Shown in pieces: positions 17,378 to 31,921 of a DNA stretch of 64,000 nt. The DNA comes from the human T2T-CHM13v2.0 reference genome, Homo sapiens: assembly GCF_009914755.1 (NCBI RefSeq), contig NC_060930.1, one strand, 5' to 3'. Both the position numbers and the translations under genes were made by a program. The notes under the pieces were generated by a model. It saw only the letters and a program-made list of their open reading frames with translations. It did not search any database and had not been told where the DNA came from. How positions within the stretch are numbered: position 1 is the stretch's first letter; each line of letters opens with the position of its first letter.

Positions 17378-17784
17378 ACCATCAGCTGATTTTCTAAGCA
17401 GCAGCTCTTATTAACACCATGACATTCCTGAAACACCTCCATATATATTAGGAAGCTGTATATTATCTCTTTGTGTCACTATTTTCCACAGCTACAGCTT
17501 CCAGTTGACCAATGAGCTTAGTAGGGAATAGTGGATATTTTTCTTTCTGTTTTAATTATGGGAAGTCCTTTTAAATTTAACTATTTGAATGTTGTGGTTT
17601 TAATTACTCTTTCCACTGGTCCCTTCCTATAAAGCTGTGCTATGTTGCATCTCTGATATAGCATTTTGAAGTTGGTGATTCCCTCTAGTACTGTCGTTTT
17701 TGCTTCAATCACAGTGATTTTTGCTTAGATCATTTCAGGCAGTTTATGGATAAATCTGAAGATGATGGATCATGAAATCAGATA

Positions 17785-18105
17785 TTTATTTATTTATTTT
17801 TTTGAGACGGAGTCTCTCTCTGTTGCCCAGGCTGGAGTGCAGTGGCACAATCTCGGCTCACTGCAAGCTCTGCCTCCTGGGTTCACGCCATTCTCCTGCC
17901 TCAGCCTTCTGAGTAGCTGGGACTACAGGTGCCTGCCACCACACCCGGCTAATTTTTTTGTATTTTTAGTAGAGATGGTTTCACCGTGTTAGCCAGGATG
18001 ATCTCGATCTCCTGACCTCGTGATCCGCCCACCTCGGCCTCCCAAAGTGCTGGGATTACAGGCGTGAGCCTGTAATCAAAATCCTGATTTTGACCATGCC
18101 AGGTC
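17785..18105 (-). mobile_element. AluY carrying a 22-bp insert near its 5' end
   Basis: GCAAGCTC, TTCACGCCATT, GTTAGCCAGGATG diagnostics; TSD GAAATCAG. Confidence 0.92.
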
Positions 18106-18471
18106 GAAATCAGTTTTGTTTTTTTTCTAGTATGTATCCCTTAGTTGTATCTTGAAACTTATTCATGCTGTAATTGTATTGACCAGTAAAATATGTTGAC
18201 TTTTTAATTTAATTCTACTCAGGTAGCAGTGTTTGTTGTATGTTTCTCTGCTGCAAGTTAGGACATTGTTTTAGTAATAACACAGGCTTTTCTTCCTGTG
18301 CTAACTTTCCAACAACCTTATCCTCTGTGTTTGAGATTTTTTATGTTCGTGGCTATTAACCAGTTACTTAACCACTCTGCTTTGAGAATATTCCTTGGGA
18401 AATATAAAGGAAGTCTAAGGTTAAGGGTCATTTCATCCTTGCTTATAGCTGTATTAAACAAACAAACAAAC

Positions 18472-19096
<625 letters not shown>

Positions 19097-19369
19097 AAAT
19101 CTGGGTTAATGTTCCTGCAATTTTACTTTAATTAGATAAACACTTACTGAAACAGTTGTATCATAAACCAAAATCTTAATACTTCTTTTGATCACTGCAT
19201 CAGTATATAAATCAAACATTTTCTGAATTTTCAAAGCAGTGTTTAACTTTCATTGCTCATGCAGAGGAAGGAGGAAGAGACAGAACAGAACTTTCTTCAA
19301 TTTACTTTCAAAGTATACTATACATTTAAATACCTCTTATTAAAATAATAGCAGTCTTCCTATTATGCT

Positions 19370-19570
19370 TTATAGTTTATAAAGTACTTTCACATGGAAC
19401 TTATTATCTGTTCAGACAACAACTCTGTGTCATGGTTGTTATTACTATCTTCAGTTTATAGATGAGAAAATTGAGTTCAGGCAGGTTAATGGACTCACTG
19501 GAAGTACTTAACCAGTAGTAGAAGACCTAGGTCTCATGTTCAGGTATATGATGCTGAATATTTTCCTCTT
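19370..19570 (-). mobile_element. MIR
   Basis: TTTATAGATGAGAAAATTGAG..CAG..AGGTTAA core. Confidence 0.7.
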
Positions 19571-19761
19571 GATATTATGTCCTATTTCCATCACTAATTT
19601 TTACAGTTTTCTAGATTTTTTTTTCCTAAGTGCAAAGGAAATAAACTGACTTTTGTTAATGGGTTAAAGAAAATATTCATTGGTAATGAAAGACCTTAGT
19701 GCCATTTCTCTAAATTTCATAAAGACAATATTTACATTGGTTTGGTTAAATTGCTGAATTA

Positions 19762-20145
<384 letters not shown>

Positions 20146-20292
20146 TCACCTGTTTCTTGTTCTTTTTTATTGGCTATAAACAACAGTCTTTTGGAAACTT
20201 TATAATTGCATATACAGCCTTGTCATCTTAGTTTCTAATTGAATATAAGTTATATGGTTTTGCTTGTGTGTACATAAAAATAAAACTATCAA

Positions 20293-21705
20293 AGGAGGCA
20301 GAGCAAGATACCCAAATACAAGCCTCTAGGAATTGCTGTACCCCCTTTGCCTCCACAGGAAGACTAAATTGAACAACAGTCCACACAGGAAAGGACCTTC
20401 ATAAGAACCAAAAATCAGGTGAGCTATAATAGTACCTGATTTTAACATTACATTAAGGAAAGAGGCATGGAAGAGGGCAAGAAAATCTGTCTTGAATTGC
20501 CTACACCACCCCTTCCCTATTCCCTGGCAGCGGCCATATGGCACAGAAAGATGATCTGTGTGTTTGGGGTAGAGAGAACATACTGATTATGGGACTTTGC
20601 TTTGCAGCTTAGTGCTGTCCTGTCAGTGGGAAGCAACAGGGGGCAGAACTCAGCTTGTGCCCATAGAGGGAACGTTTATACTAGGCCTGTCCAGAGGCAA
20701 ATCATCCATCCTAGCAATTGGAACCTGACTTTTGGCAAGTCCTGCCACCATGGGCTAAAGTGTTCTGGGGTTCTAAATAAACATGAAAGGCAACCTAGAC
20801 CACAAGGACTGCAATTCCTGCACAAGTCCTGGTGCTGTGTTGGGCTTGGAGCCAGGGAACTTGGAGTGCATGGAACCTAGTGAGATACCAGCTGAGACAA
20901 CCAAGGAAGTGCTTGTGTCACCCCTCCACCAACCCCAGGCAGTACAGATTGTACCTCCAAGACCCCTTCCATCTGCTTGAGGAAGGTGGAGGGGAAGAGG
21001 ACTTTGTTTTGCAACTTGGATTCCAGCCCATCCACAGTAGAATAAGGCAACGGGCAGACTCCTAAGGCCCCCATCCCAGACCCTAGCTCCTGGATGACAT
21101 TTCTAAACACACCATGGGCCAGAAGGGAACCCATTGCCTTGAAGGGAAGGGCCCAGTCCTGGCAGAATTTATCATGTGCTGAATAAACAGCCCTTGGGCC
21201 CTGAATAATTAGTATTGGTAGCCAGGCAGTATTTACCACAGGCCTTGGGTGAGACCCAGAGCCATGTTGGCTTCAGGTGTGACCCAGCACATTCCCAGCT
21301 GTGGTAACTTTGGGGAGAGACCACTTCTGCTTGAGAAAAGGAGACAGAAGAGTAAAGGGGTCTTTATCTTGCAGCCTGGTACCAGCTTGGCCGCAGTGGG
21401 GTAGAGCACCAAGAGAGCACCTGGGATAAACAAAATCAAAAAACCTTTAGCTAGACTAAGAGTAAAGAGAGAAGACCCAAGTAAATATAATCAAAGACAA
21501 AAAAGGAGAGACATTACAACCAATACCTCAGAAATTCAAAGTATCATTAGCAGCTACTTTGAACAACTATATGCCAGTAAATTGGAAAACCTAGAAGAAT
21601 TATATAAATTCCTAACATATACAACCTACCAAGATTGAACCATGAAGAAATTTAAAGCCTGAATAGGCCAATAACAAGCAATGAGATTGGAGCCCTAATA
21701 CAAAG
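20293..21705 (+). mobile_element. L1MA-type element: 5'UTR (20293-~21425) joined by a large internal deletion to ORF2
   Basis: GGAGGCAGAGCAAGAT 5' terminus, GC-richer UTR, then ORF2 text AAACCTTTAGCTAGACTAAG. Confidence 0.78.
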
Positions 21706-23318
21706 TTTACAATGAGAAACATTGCTCAAACAAATCATAGATGACACAAACAAATGGAAAACATCCAATGCTCATGGACAGGAAAAAATATTTAAATTTC
21801 TATACTGCCCAAAGCAGTTTATACATTCAATGCTATTCCTGTCAAAATACCAATCTTATTCTTCACAAAAAAAAAATTAAAAATTACACAGAACCAAAAA
21901 AGAGCCCAAATACCCAAGGCAATTTTAAGCAAAAAGAACAAAGCTGGAGGCATCACGTTACCTGTGATCCACACTATAGGGCTACAGTAAATGAAACAGC
22001 AAGGTGCTGGTATACAAACAGACACATAAACCAATGGAATAGAATAAAGAGCTTAGAAATAATGCTCCACACCTCCAGCCATCCGATGTTTGAGAAAGTA
22101 GACATAAACAAGCAATGAGGAGAGGACTCCCTATTCATTAAATCAACTCAAGACGGACCAAAAACCTAAATGTAAAACAAACAAACAAAAAAAATAACTG
22201 CTAAAACCCTGGGAGATGACCTAGGAAATACCATTCTGGACAGTACCTGGTGAAAATTTCATGCTGAAGACACCAAAAACAATTGCAGCAAAAGAAAAAA
22301 TTGACATATGGGATCAAATTAAACTTTAGAGCTTTTGCACAGCAAAATAAACTATCAACAGAGTAAATAGGCACTCTACAGGAAGGGAGAAAATATTTTC
22401 AATCTGTGCTCTGACAAAGTCCTAATATCCAGAGCCTATAAGGAACTTAAACAAATTTACAAACAAAAAACAAACAACACTATTACGAGTTGGAAAAGGA
22501 CATGAATCGACACTTTTCAAAAGAAGACATACATGTGGCTAACAAGCATATGAAAAAAATGCTCAACATTACTAATCATTAGAGAAATGCAAATCAAAAC
22601 CACAATGAGATACCATCTCAACCAGTCTGAATGGCTGTTATTAAAAAAATCAGAAAAAAACAGATGCTGGCAAGGTTGTGGAGAAAAGGAAACACTTATA
22701 CATTGTTGGGGGGAGTGTAAATTAATTCAGCCATTGTGGAAAGTATTGTGGTGATTTTCTAAAGAACTGAAAAGGAATTACTCTTTTACCTGGAAATTTC
22801 ATTATTGGGTATATACCCAAAGAAATATGAATTATTTTACTATAAAGACAGATGCATGCATGTGTTCATTGTAGCACTATTCACAGTAGCAAAGACATGT
22901 TATCAACCTAAATGCCCATTAACAGTAAACTGGATAAGGAAAATATGGTACATATACACTGTGGAATACTATGCAGTCATAAAAAGAATGAGATAATGTT
23001 CATTGCAGCAACATGGATGGAACTGGAGACCATTATCCTTGGGAAACTAACAAAGCAACAGAAATGAAATATTACATGTTCTCACTTATAAATGGGAGCT
23101 AAATAACAAGCACACATGGACACAAGGAGGGTAACAATAGACACTGGATCCTACTGTATGGTGGTTGGTAGGAGGAGGGAGAAGACTAGAAAAAATACCT
23201 ATTGAGCACTGTGCTTAGAACCTGGGTGATAAAATAATCTGTACACCAAACCTCCATGACATGAGTTTACTTATATAACAAACCTGCACCTGTACCCCTA
23301 AACCTAAAATAAAAGTTA
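21706..23318 (+). mobile_element. 5'-truncated L1PA15/16-like element nested in L1MA
   Basis: 3'UTR CCTGGGTGATAAAATAATCTGTACACCAAACCTCCATGACA..CCTAAAATAAAAGTT. Confidence 0.8.
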
Positions 23319-23443
23319 AGAGAAAATTATACACCTGAAATTCTAATTATAGAAATTTACATTATTATTTTATACATCATTCTTTTTGTGACTATCATAA
23401 AATAACATTAAAGTGAAATAAAAAGATAATTAATGGTGAAATT

Positions 23444-25890
23444 AAAAAGTCTCCCTGTAAAGAAAATCCTGGAATCAGTGACTTCACTTCTGAATTTTAT
23501 CAGACATTTAATTTTGAACTAATACCAATCCTGCTCAAACTCTTCTGAAAAATAGAGAAGAAGATACTTCCAAACTCATTCTAAATGGCCAATATTACCC
23601 TGAAAGCAAAACCAGACAAAGACACATCAAAAAAAAAAAAAGAAAACTACAGGCCAGTATCCCTCATGAACATTGTTACAAAATCCTCAACAAAAATCTA
23701 GCAAACCAAATTCCACAACACATTAAAAAGGTCATTCATCATGACCAAGTGTGATTTAACCCAGGATGCAAGGATGGTTCAGCATACACAAATCAATCAA
23801 TGTGATACATCATATTATCAGAATGAATGACAAAAAACATGATTATTTCAATTGGTGTGGAAAAAGCATATGATAAACTTCAGTATCCCTCCAGGATTAA
23901 AACTGTCAATGAACTGGATATATTAATAGAAGTAATATACCTCAACAGAATAAAAGCCATATTTGACAGAGCCACAGCCAGTATCATACTGAATGGGAAA
24001 AAACTGAAAGCCTTTCCTCTAAGATCTGGAAGACAACAAGGATATGCACTTCAACATAGTATTGGAAATTCTAGCTAGAACAATCAGACAAGAGAAATAA
24101 AGTGCATTCAGATTGGGAAGGAATAATTCAAATTATTTTTGTTTGTAGATGATATCATTTATTTGGAAATATCCAAAGACTCCACAAGAAAACTGTAAGA
24201 ACTGAAAACAAATTTAGTAAATTTGTGGGATTCAAGATCAACAAAGAGAAATCACTAGCATTTCTATATGCCAACAGTGAAAAATGTTAAAAAGAAATCA
24301 AGAAAGTAATGCCATTTACAACAGCTACAAATATAATAAAAGACCTATGAATAAAGAAGAGAAAGATGTCTTCAATGAAAACTGTAAAACACTGATGAAA
24401 GAAATAGGAGAGGAAACACACAAAAACCAAAATATATTTCATGTTCATGGATTGGAATAATCAATATTGCTAAAATGTTCATACTACCCCAAGCAATCTA
24501 TAGAGTCATTGTAATCGCTATCAAAATACCAATGGCATTTTTCACCAGAATAGAAAAAATAGTCCTAAAACTTATATAGAACCACAAAAGACCCAGAATA
24601 GCCAAAGGTATCTGGGGCAAAAAGAACAAAGATGGAGGAATCACATTACCACTATACTGGAGAGCTGTAGTCATCAAAATAGTGTTGTACTGACATAGAA
24701 ACAGACATACAAATCAATGGAACAAAATAGAGAACCCAGAAATAAATCTACCCATCTACAGTGAACTCATTTTTGACAAAGGTGGCAAGAACATACACTG
24801 GAGAAAGAACAGTCTCTTCTGTGAATGGTACTGGGAAAGCTGGATATCTATATGTAAAGGAGTGATACTAGACCCCTATCTGTCAACATATACAAAAATC
24901 AAATCACAGTGGATTAAAAATTAAAATCTCAAACTATGAAGCAACATTGGGAAAACTTTCCAGCACATTGGTCTGGGCAAAGGTTTCTTGAGTAATACCT
25001 CACAAGCAAAGGCAATCAAAGCAAAAATGGACAGATTGGATTACATCAAGTTAAAAAGTTTTGCCTATCAAAGAAAACAATTAAGAAAGTGAAGAGATGA
25101 CCCACAGAATGGGAGGAAATATCTGTAAACTACTCATTTGACAAGGGACTAATAACTAGACTATATCAGCAGCTCAAATAACTCTGTAAGAAAAACATCT
25201 AATAATCTGATTTTTAAATGGGCAAATATCTGAATAGACATTTCTCCAAAGAAATACAAATGGCAAACAGGTATATGAAAAAGTCCTCAATGTCATTGAT
25301 CATCAGGAAAATGCAAATTAAAACGATAATGAGATGTAATCTTACCCCAATTAAAATGGCTTTTATTAAAAAGACAGATAATGACAACTGCTGGTGAGGA
25401 TGTGGAGAAAAAAAGACCCTTGTACACTGTTGGTGTAAATGTAAATTAGTACAACCACTATGGAGAACAGTTTGAGTTTCTCAGAAGAATAAAAATAGAA
25501 CTTCAAATGATCCAGGAACCCCACTGCTAGGTGTATACCCAGAAGAAAGGAAATCAGTACATCAAAGAGATATCTGCACTCTCATGTATACTGCAGCATT
25601 ATTCACAATAGCTAAAACTGGGGAGCAATCTAAGTGTCCATCATCAGACGAATGGATAAATAAAATGTGGTACATACACAGAATGAAGTAGTAGTCAGCC
25701 GTAAAAAAAGAATGAGATCCTGTCATTTGCAACGACATTGATGGAACTGGAGGCCATTATTTTAAATGAAATAAGTGAGGCCCAGAAAGACAAACTTCAC
25801 ATGTTCTTACTTATTTGTGGCATTTAAAAATTAAAACAGTTGAATCCATAGAGATAGAGAGTAAAATGATGTTTACCAAAGGCTGGTAAG
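23444..25890 (+). mobile_element. Continuation of L1MA (MA2/3-like) ORF2 and 3'UTR
   Basis: Resumes at AAAAAGTCTCCC, colinear with 21705; RT fragment; CAGAAAGACAAACTTCACATGTTC. Confidence 0.8.
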
Positions 25891-26184
25891 CGAGGACCTA
25901 ATTAGATTGTTGGGACATAGAAGGCCTAATGCAGGAAGTAGCTTTTAAACAGGATGAGAGGAAGTTAAGTAGGTAGAGTTGGAGTAAGAATTTTTGTGGT
26001 CTAACATGTCATTCTAAGACAGTTATCATAGCATATATGCCTGAGCCAGGATGTTATTTGAATATTTGAAAGGAAGCAGTGTTTTCAGTTTGAGAAAGAG
26101 AAGGGTAGAGAGCTGCAGCTCTCTACTCTTTACTCATAATAGTTTAGAAAAATATAGACTGGAAAGGATTGGTATGTTGCCTAC

Positions 26185-27668
26185 TGTATTAGTTTTCTAT
26201 GGCTGCTGTAACAAATTACCACAAACTAGTGCCTTAAAACAACAGAAATATATTCTCTCACAGTTCTGAGGCCAGGATTCTTAAATAACAGTGTATACAG
26301 GGCCACATATCTTCCTGTAGCATGAAAGGAGAATCTTTCCTTGCCTCTTAACATCTTTTAGGGTCAGCCAGCATTTCATGACTTGTGGCTGAATCTCTGT
26401 CTGCTCCATCTTCACATAATCTCCACCATTTGTCTAATATCTCTCTGCCTCTCTCTTACAAGAATATTTGCGACGGCATTTAGGGACCTCCTGGACAATT
26501 CAGGATTACCTCTTCATCTCAGATTCTTAATTTAATCATCTCTGCAAAGACCGTTTTTCTTTCTTCTATCATTCTATAGGATTTGGGGGAACAGGTGGTG
26601 TTTGGTTACATGAATAAGTTCTTTAGTCGTCATTTCTGAGATTTTGGTTTTCCCGTTAAGCAGTGTACACTGTACCCAGTGTGTGGTCTTTTTTCTCTCA
26701 TTCCCCTCCCACCCTTTCCCCCGAGTCCCCAAAGTCCGTTGTATCATTCTTACGCCTTTGCGTCTTCATAGCATAGCTCCCACTTATGAGTGAGAACATA
26801 CAATGTCTGGTTTTCAATTCCTGAGTTACTTCACTTAGAATAATGGTCTTCAATACCATCCAGGTTGATGTGAATGCCATTATTTCATTCCTTTTTATGG
26901 CTGTGTGGTATTTCATGGTATATTTATATACCACAATTTCTTTATTTACTTGTTGATTGATGGGCATTTGGGCCAGTTTCATATATTTGCAATTGCAAGT
27001 TGTGCTTCCATAAACATGCATGTGTAAGTATTTTTTGTGTATGTGACTTTTATTGTGACTTCTTTTCCTCTGGGTAGTTAACCAGTAGTAGGATTGCTGG
27101 ATCAAATGGTAGTTCTACTTTTAGTTCTTTAAAGAATCTCCAAACTGTTTTCCATAGCAGTTGTACTAGTTTCCGTTCCCACCAGAAGTGTAAAACTGTT
27201 CTCTTTTAACTGCATCCATGCCAACATCTAGTATTTTTCTATTTTTCGGCCATTCTTGCAGGAGCAAGGTGGTATTGCATTGTGGTTTTGATTTGCGCTT
27301 CCCTGATCATTAGTGATGTTGAGCATTTTTTCATGTTTGTTGACCATTTGTTTATCTTCTTTTGAGAATTGTCTATTCATGTCTTTAGCCCACTTTTTGA
27401 TGGGATTTTTTTTTCTTGCTGATTTGTTTGAGTTCATTGTAGATTCTGGCTATTAGTCCTTTGTTGGATGTATAGATTGCAAGGATTTTCTCCCACTCTC
27501 TGGGATGTCTGTTTACTCTGCTAATTGTTTTTTTTTTGTTTTTGTTTTTGTTTTTGTTTTTTTGCTGTGTAGAAGCAAAGACTCTTTTTCTAAATAAAGT
27601 GGTAACAATCACAGATTCTAGGGACTTTATGTGGATATCTTTTGAGGGCTTTTTTTCTGCTTACTATA
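26185..27668 (-). mobile_element. MLT1 (C/D-like) solo LTR split by L1PB1
   Basis: TGTATTAGTTTTCTATGGCTGCTGTAACAAATTACCACAAACT start; resumes at 27575; flanks CCTAC/CCTAA. Confidence 0.85.
26561..27574 (-). mobile_element. L1PB1 3' fragment
   Basis: GGGGGAACAGGTGGTGTTTGGTTACATGAATAAGTTCTTTAGT; 17-bp TSD GCAAAGAC(CG/TC)TTTTTCT at 26544 and 27575. Confidence 0.88.
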
Positions 27669-27789
27669 CCTAACCAGTATTAATTTTGACTCTTACCCTT
27701 TGATTTTAATAAAATATCTATGCCTTCTTCCAAATAGGCCATGCCGCTACCCACAGAGCTTCTTGGTCTAAGGATAATTCTAATTTAAT

Positions 27790-28180
27790 CTCCTTTGCCA
27801 GGTATAGAAACTTGGTGCATTTCAGTCCGGTGAGGCCCCAGAAATGGCTTCCTTCAGGCTTCTGGGAACTTTTCTCCTCATTCTCTGGAAGATTATGAGA
27901 GGCAACTTTTATTTCTTTCTCTGGCTACTCTCTTGTGAAGGATGTAAAACTGGAACTCTTACAGTTATCTTGCTGCCATCTGAAAGGATAAGCAGCCACA
28001 TAAAGAAGGATAAAACCTAGAGAATCAAAGTAAATCCAAGCCAGAGCCATGTTAAGTCAACCCTGAAGCCTCTGTAGTTTCTGGATTTCCAATGATATGA
28101 GTCAGTGCATTTTGATACCATTTAAGGTAGTTGGAATTGGGTTTTCTGCAGCTTGCCAACACAAAACATCTTAACTAGCT
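27790..28180 (+). mobile_element. Old MLT1 (K/L-like) LTR fragment
   Basis: 3' terminus TTTAAG.TAGTT.GA.TTGGGTTTTCTG..CTTGC..CATCTTAACT. Confidence 0.55.
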
Positions 28181-28425
28181 AGGTCATGGCAAGGAGTTTG
28201 GGTTTTATTTGATATTTGATGGCAAGTCATTGATTGTTTTAGATTTTAAAACTTTACTTTGAATAGCATTAGGATAATTGATTAGCAAGAGATAAGAGGT
28301 AGCAAGAGAAACAACTTATGCTATGTAGTAGTCCAGGTGAGAGTGGATAGTGGCTTATTTTGGTGCTGTAAGTAGAAATGGAGATATGTATGCACCTAAA
28401 ATATATACTGGGGGTAAAGTATACA
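28181..28425 (-). mobile_element. L2 fragment
   Basis: AGGTCATGGCAAGGAGTTTGG.TTTTATT, GTAGTCCAGGTGAGAG. Confidence 0.6.
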
Positions 28426-28429
28426 CTGG

Positions 28430-29780
28430 AAGCTTTTGCATTAAAGTTAGTATATTGAGGACACAAATCTAAACTGGCCCCTATCCTGATGAAAATGATA
28501 GTAAAGAACTTTTTTAAAAAGGCACAAACATATGGAGAACATGAGACTGCAACAGTAAAAAACTATTGGAAGTTAGAAAGGAAATAGACAATTGATAAAT
28601 CCCTTAGCAGACCCAAGAAAACAGAACCACAAAGGAGAATTTGAGAAAGCTATTAACTAACTTAACACAGTACAATCTGCAAAAGACTCATAAATTAGCT
28701 CTACTAGTTACCTCTGGAAGAGAGAATGGAAGCCAGGTGCTAGAATATAAAATAAGGAAGATTGGTCAGAAATGTGCTTTGGAAGCACTTAGAATCCTGA
28801 AGCCCCTCTTCTGCCTCAGGAAAGGGGAATTGTCCTCCCACAATCAGTAAAAGACTGGATATTTTTTCATTGGAAATAAAAAGTAGAATAAAATTGACCA
28901 TCCCAAGAGGAAAGATATGAATGTATTGCTATCAAATTTCCCTAAAGGAAAAAAGAGCAGCCAAATCATCCTACACTAAAGCTTACAGTGCACAAGCCTC
29001 ACCCACGAACCAAGAGCTTCTAGTTAGCTTTCAGTCCTTGCTCTTAAGTATACCCATATAATCAGGATTAGCAGATATCTAAGGAAATAATCTAATGACA
29101 AAACTTAAATCCTGATGACAACATGGGGGAACCAAAGAGCAGGCAGAAATGCAAAACTTACATTTAAAATGCATATATTCTCAGAAAGGTAAAAGCATGT
29201 TTTACAACCAGGAAAAAAAGAAAATGATGTTTTAAAATTTTCAGGGAATTAAAAAAACCTTTAAATTTAAAAAATATGGTTATGAAAACACATAAATTAA
29301 TAACAGTTTGGAAGGTTTGGTACATAAAAATTATGCCGATGAATAAAACAAGGTAATTACTAACAATAGGAAAAATTTACCAAAATGGAAAAGATACATA
29401 GTATTTTACATGGCTTGGCTGTGTGTAGTTTAAACATTGAGTAATGATATAGCAAAATTATTGAAGAAAAGTGTGTGTATATGTGAGAGAGCAGGCAAGA
29501 GAGTGCGGGGCGGGGGGTGGTGGGGTGGGAAGGAAGGGAAAGGGGGAGAGAGGGAGAAAAGGGAGATTAGTAAAGGGCAAAGAAAGTCAAATTGTAGGCA
29601 TCCATAGTAGAAAATCAGTATTTTTTATGTTATTGAGAATAATACAGGTAAATACAAAAACAATCAGCTAGAAGAGTTGCAAATAGAGGTGATGGTGGAA
29701 AGGAGTAGGGTGTTACTTGCTATGGAATAAATGTTATAAAACTATCCTATGGCATATGTCTGAACAACTTTAGTACAAGT
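28430..29780 (+). mobile_element. HAL1/L1ME-like ancient LINE fragment
   Basis: CTTAGCAGACCCAAGAAA and CAAGAGCTTC.A.T.AGCTTT..GT.C.T..CTCTTAA motifs; A-rich. Confidence 0.5.
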
Positions 29781-29789
29781 AAAAATCCA

Positions 29790-30110
29790 GGCTAGGTGTG
29801 GTGGCTCATGCCTGTAATTCCAGCACTCTGGAAGGCCGAGGCAGGTGAATTGCCTGAGCCCAGGAATTGAAGACCAGTCTGGACAACATGGAGAAGCCCT
29901 GTCTCTACTAAAAATACAAAAAAATAGCTGGGCGGTATGGCGAGCGTCTGTAGTCTCAGCTACCTGGGAGGCTGAGATGGGAGAATCCTTGACCCAAGAG
30001 GTCAAGGCTACTGCAAGCCATGATTGCAACACTGCACTCCAGCCTGAGTGACAGAGCGAGACCTGAGACCCTGTCTCAAATAAATAAATAAATAAATAAA
30101 TAAATAAATA
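29790..30110 (+). mobile_element. AluJ with (TAAA)n tail
   Basis: Alu dimer; TSD AAAATCCAG. Confidence 0.9.
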
Positions 30111-30129
30111 CCAAAATCCAGTAAGTATT

Positions 30130-30700
30130 AGGGGGAGAATGTAAGGATTTGACATGGAGAAATAGACATCAACAGTATTCCTAGTTTCTGATCATTAACA
30201 ACTGGGTGCATGGAGGTGCTATTTAGAGATATAAGAAGGCCTGGAAGGAGAACAGTCTTGGAAAAGAGAGGGGAGCCCAAGTTCCCTTTCAGACATATTG
30301 AGTTTAATGATAATTGTAAGATGACTGTAAGACAGATTTGCAAAGCAAAGCAAATCAGTGGCGTTATCAATATGGAGCTTAAAGGAAAGTACTGGCCTGG
30401 AAGTAAATTTAGTCTTTGTCAGAATTTAGAGGCTTTTTAAGGCTATGGGAAAACAAATCAGTATTAGAAAGAGGAGGACCTAGTACTGAGCCCAGAGGAG
30501 TGCCAACATTTAGTGGTCATGTAGAGATGAAGAAGCCTGCAAAGAAGTTAAAGAATTGGAGGATTAAAGCAATAGGAGAAAAATTAGGAAAGTATTGTCA
30601 TGGAAACCAATAGAAGAGAGTATTTCACAAAGAAGAGTATAGTCAGCTTTGCTGCATGCTACTCAGAGGCTTAATAAGGTAAGAACTGAAAGGTGTTCCA
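30130..30700 (-). mobile_element. L2 fragment
   Basis: AACAACTGGGTG.ATGGAGGTGC.ATT, AGACATATTGAGTTT, ACTGAGCCC. Confidence 0.7.
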
Positions 30701-31453
30701 AGTCATAAGCTTTTCATATGATTAATATGTAACTGTGATAACCAGATAATTTAGTACCCTTGTCACAAATTTGCTGAAGATATTCTAAAATCTTAATGTG
30801 CTGGCAGTCTTATTATTACTTGCATATAAACAGCTTAATTTTCTGAGCTAATGCTGGGGAAGAATAGTATAAATAATCCAAAATAATAATTTAAAATTAC
30901 ATGTGTATAAAAGTTATCATATTTGCATATGATTTTTGCTGAGCTTAAGACACACGTGCCTTTTGATTGTTGTTTCTGTTACTAGTGACTGTGAATGTGT
31001 TATGCCATTTTACCATAGCTGTTTTTTTGTTGTTAATAATTTGCCCCTTTCCCTGGTTTTCATCTCCCAGTTATCTCTGTCAAAATACAAAATTCCCCCT
31101 TACTTCTATGCTTTAGTTTGGAAACTCTTAGAAACAGACAGCAGAGGAACATGGCATGCAGATGGCTGTGGTTGTTCATGTTCATTTTGAGAGTTAACAC
31201 TTTAAAATAAGCACTATTTTTCCTGATGAGAAAATATCTGTGACTCTCTTAACATAACATAGGCATTTGAAATTATTGGGGATGTCTGAAAGCCAGAATT
31301 TTAGTCAGTAGTTAACTCAAATGGATGGGTATTGGAAAATAACAAGTATTCTAAAGAGTTTGCAAAGAATGGAGACTTCTTCAGGTCAGCTTAAGAAAAA
31401 GCAGAGTATTTCAAGGATCATTGCAGACCAGCTTGCAGGCTGACTACATGCAG

Positions 31454-31921
31454 GGTTGGAGTCCGGTCTGAGGGGTGGGAAAAATTATAAAGTTATAGGA
31501 AATAGACACAAATCTTTTTGGAAGGCTGGGAGGTTTGCATAGCTTCAGTAAAAGATTTGGCTGAAGGCGGCCTAATCCTCTTACCTTGAGTTAATAGCTT
31601 AGAGTAGGTACAAAGGAATATAAGGGAGTTTATCTAAAGAGCTTGTTTACACATGTGATCCTAAGACTGACCTTTTGCAGGCAGAACTGATCTCTCTGGG
31701 GGAGGGTGATCAGATTAATTACCTACAGGTGTGTTGACTCAAAGCCTTTGTCATTAAATCTATGCTGAATAAATGTCCGCAGGGCCAGCTAGTCAGGGCA
31801 CGGCTGCCACAACTGTTTCTGTGAGTGGCCCAGCCCCATAGCAGCTCTTTCACTGAATATCGGAGTCTGAGTATGTTATTCATCCATCATGCAGCCTGGG
31901 TCTGCAGGTCAGACCCTGGCA
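31454..31921 (+). mobile_element. Solo LTR22 (HERV-K HML-5 family)
   Basis: GGTGGGAAAAAT, TTTGCATAGCTTC, TGGCTGAAGGCGGCCT, AATAAA, 3' end GGGTCTGCAGGTCAGACCCTGGCA; TSD ATGCAG at 31448 and 31922. Confidence 0.85.

Noticed and set aside
29505-29565. G-rich G-quadruplex-like tract (also in L1 3'UTRs)
   Set aside because: Simple low-complexity or standard L1 feature, with nothing to suggest function.
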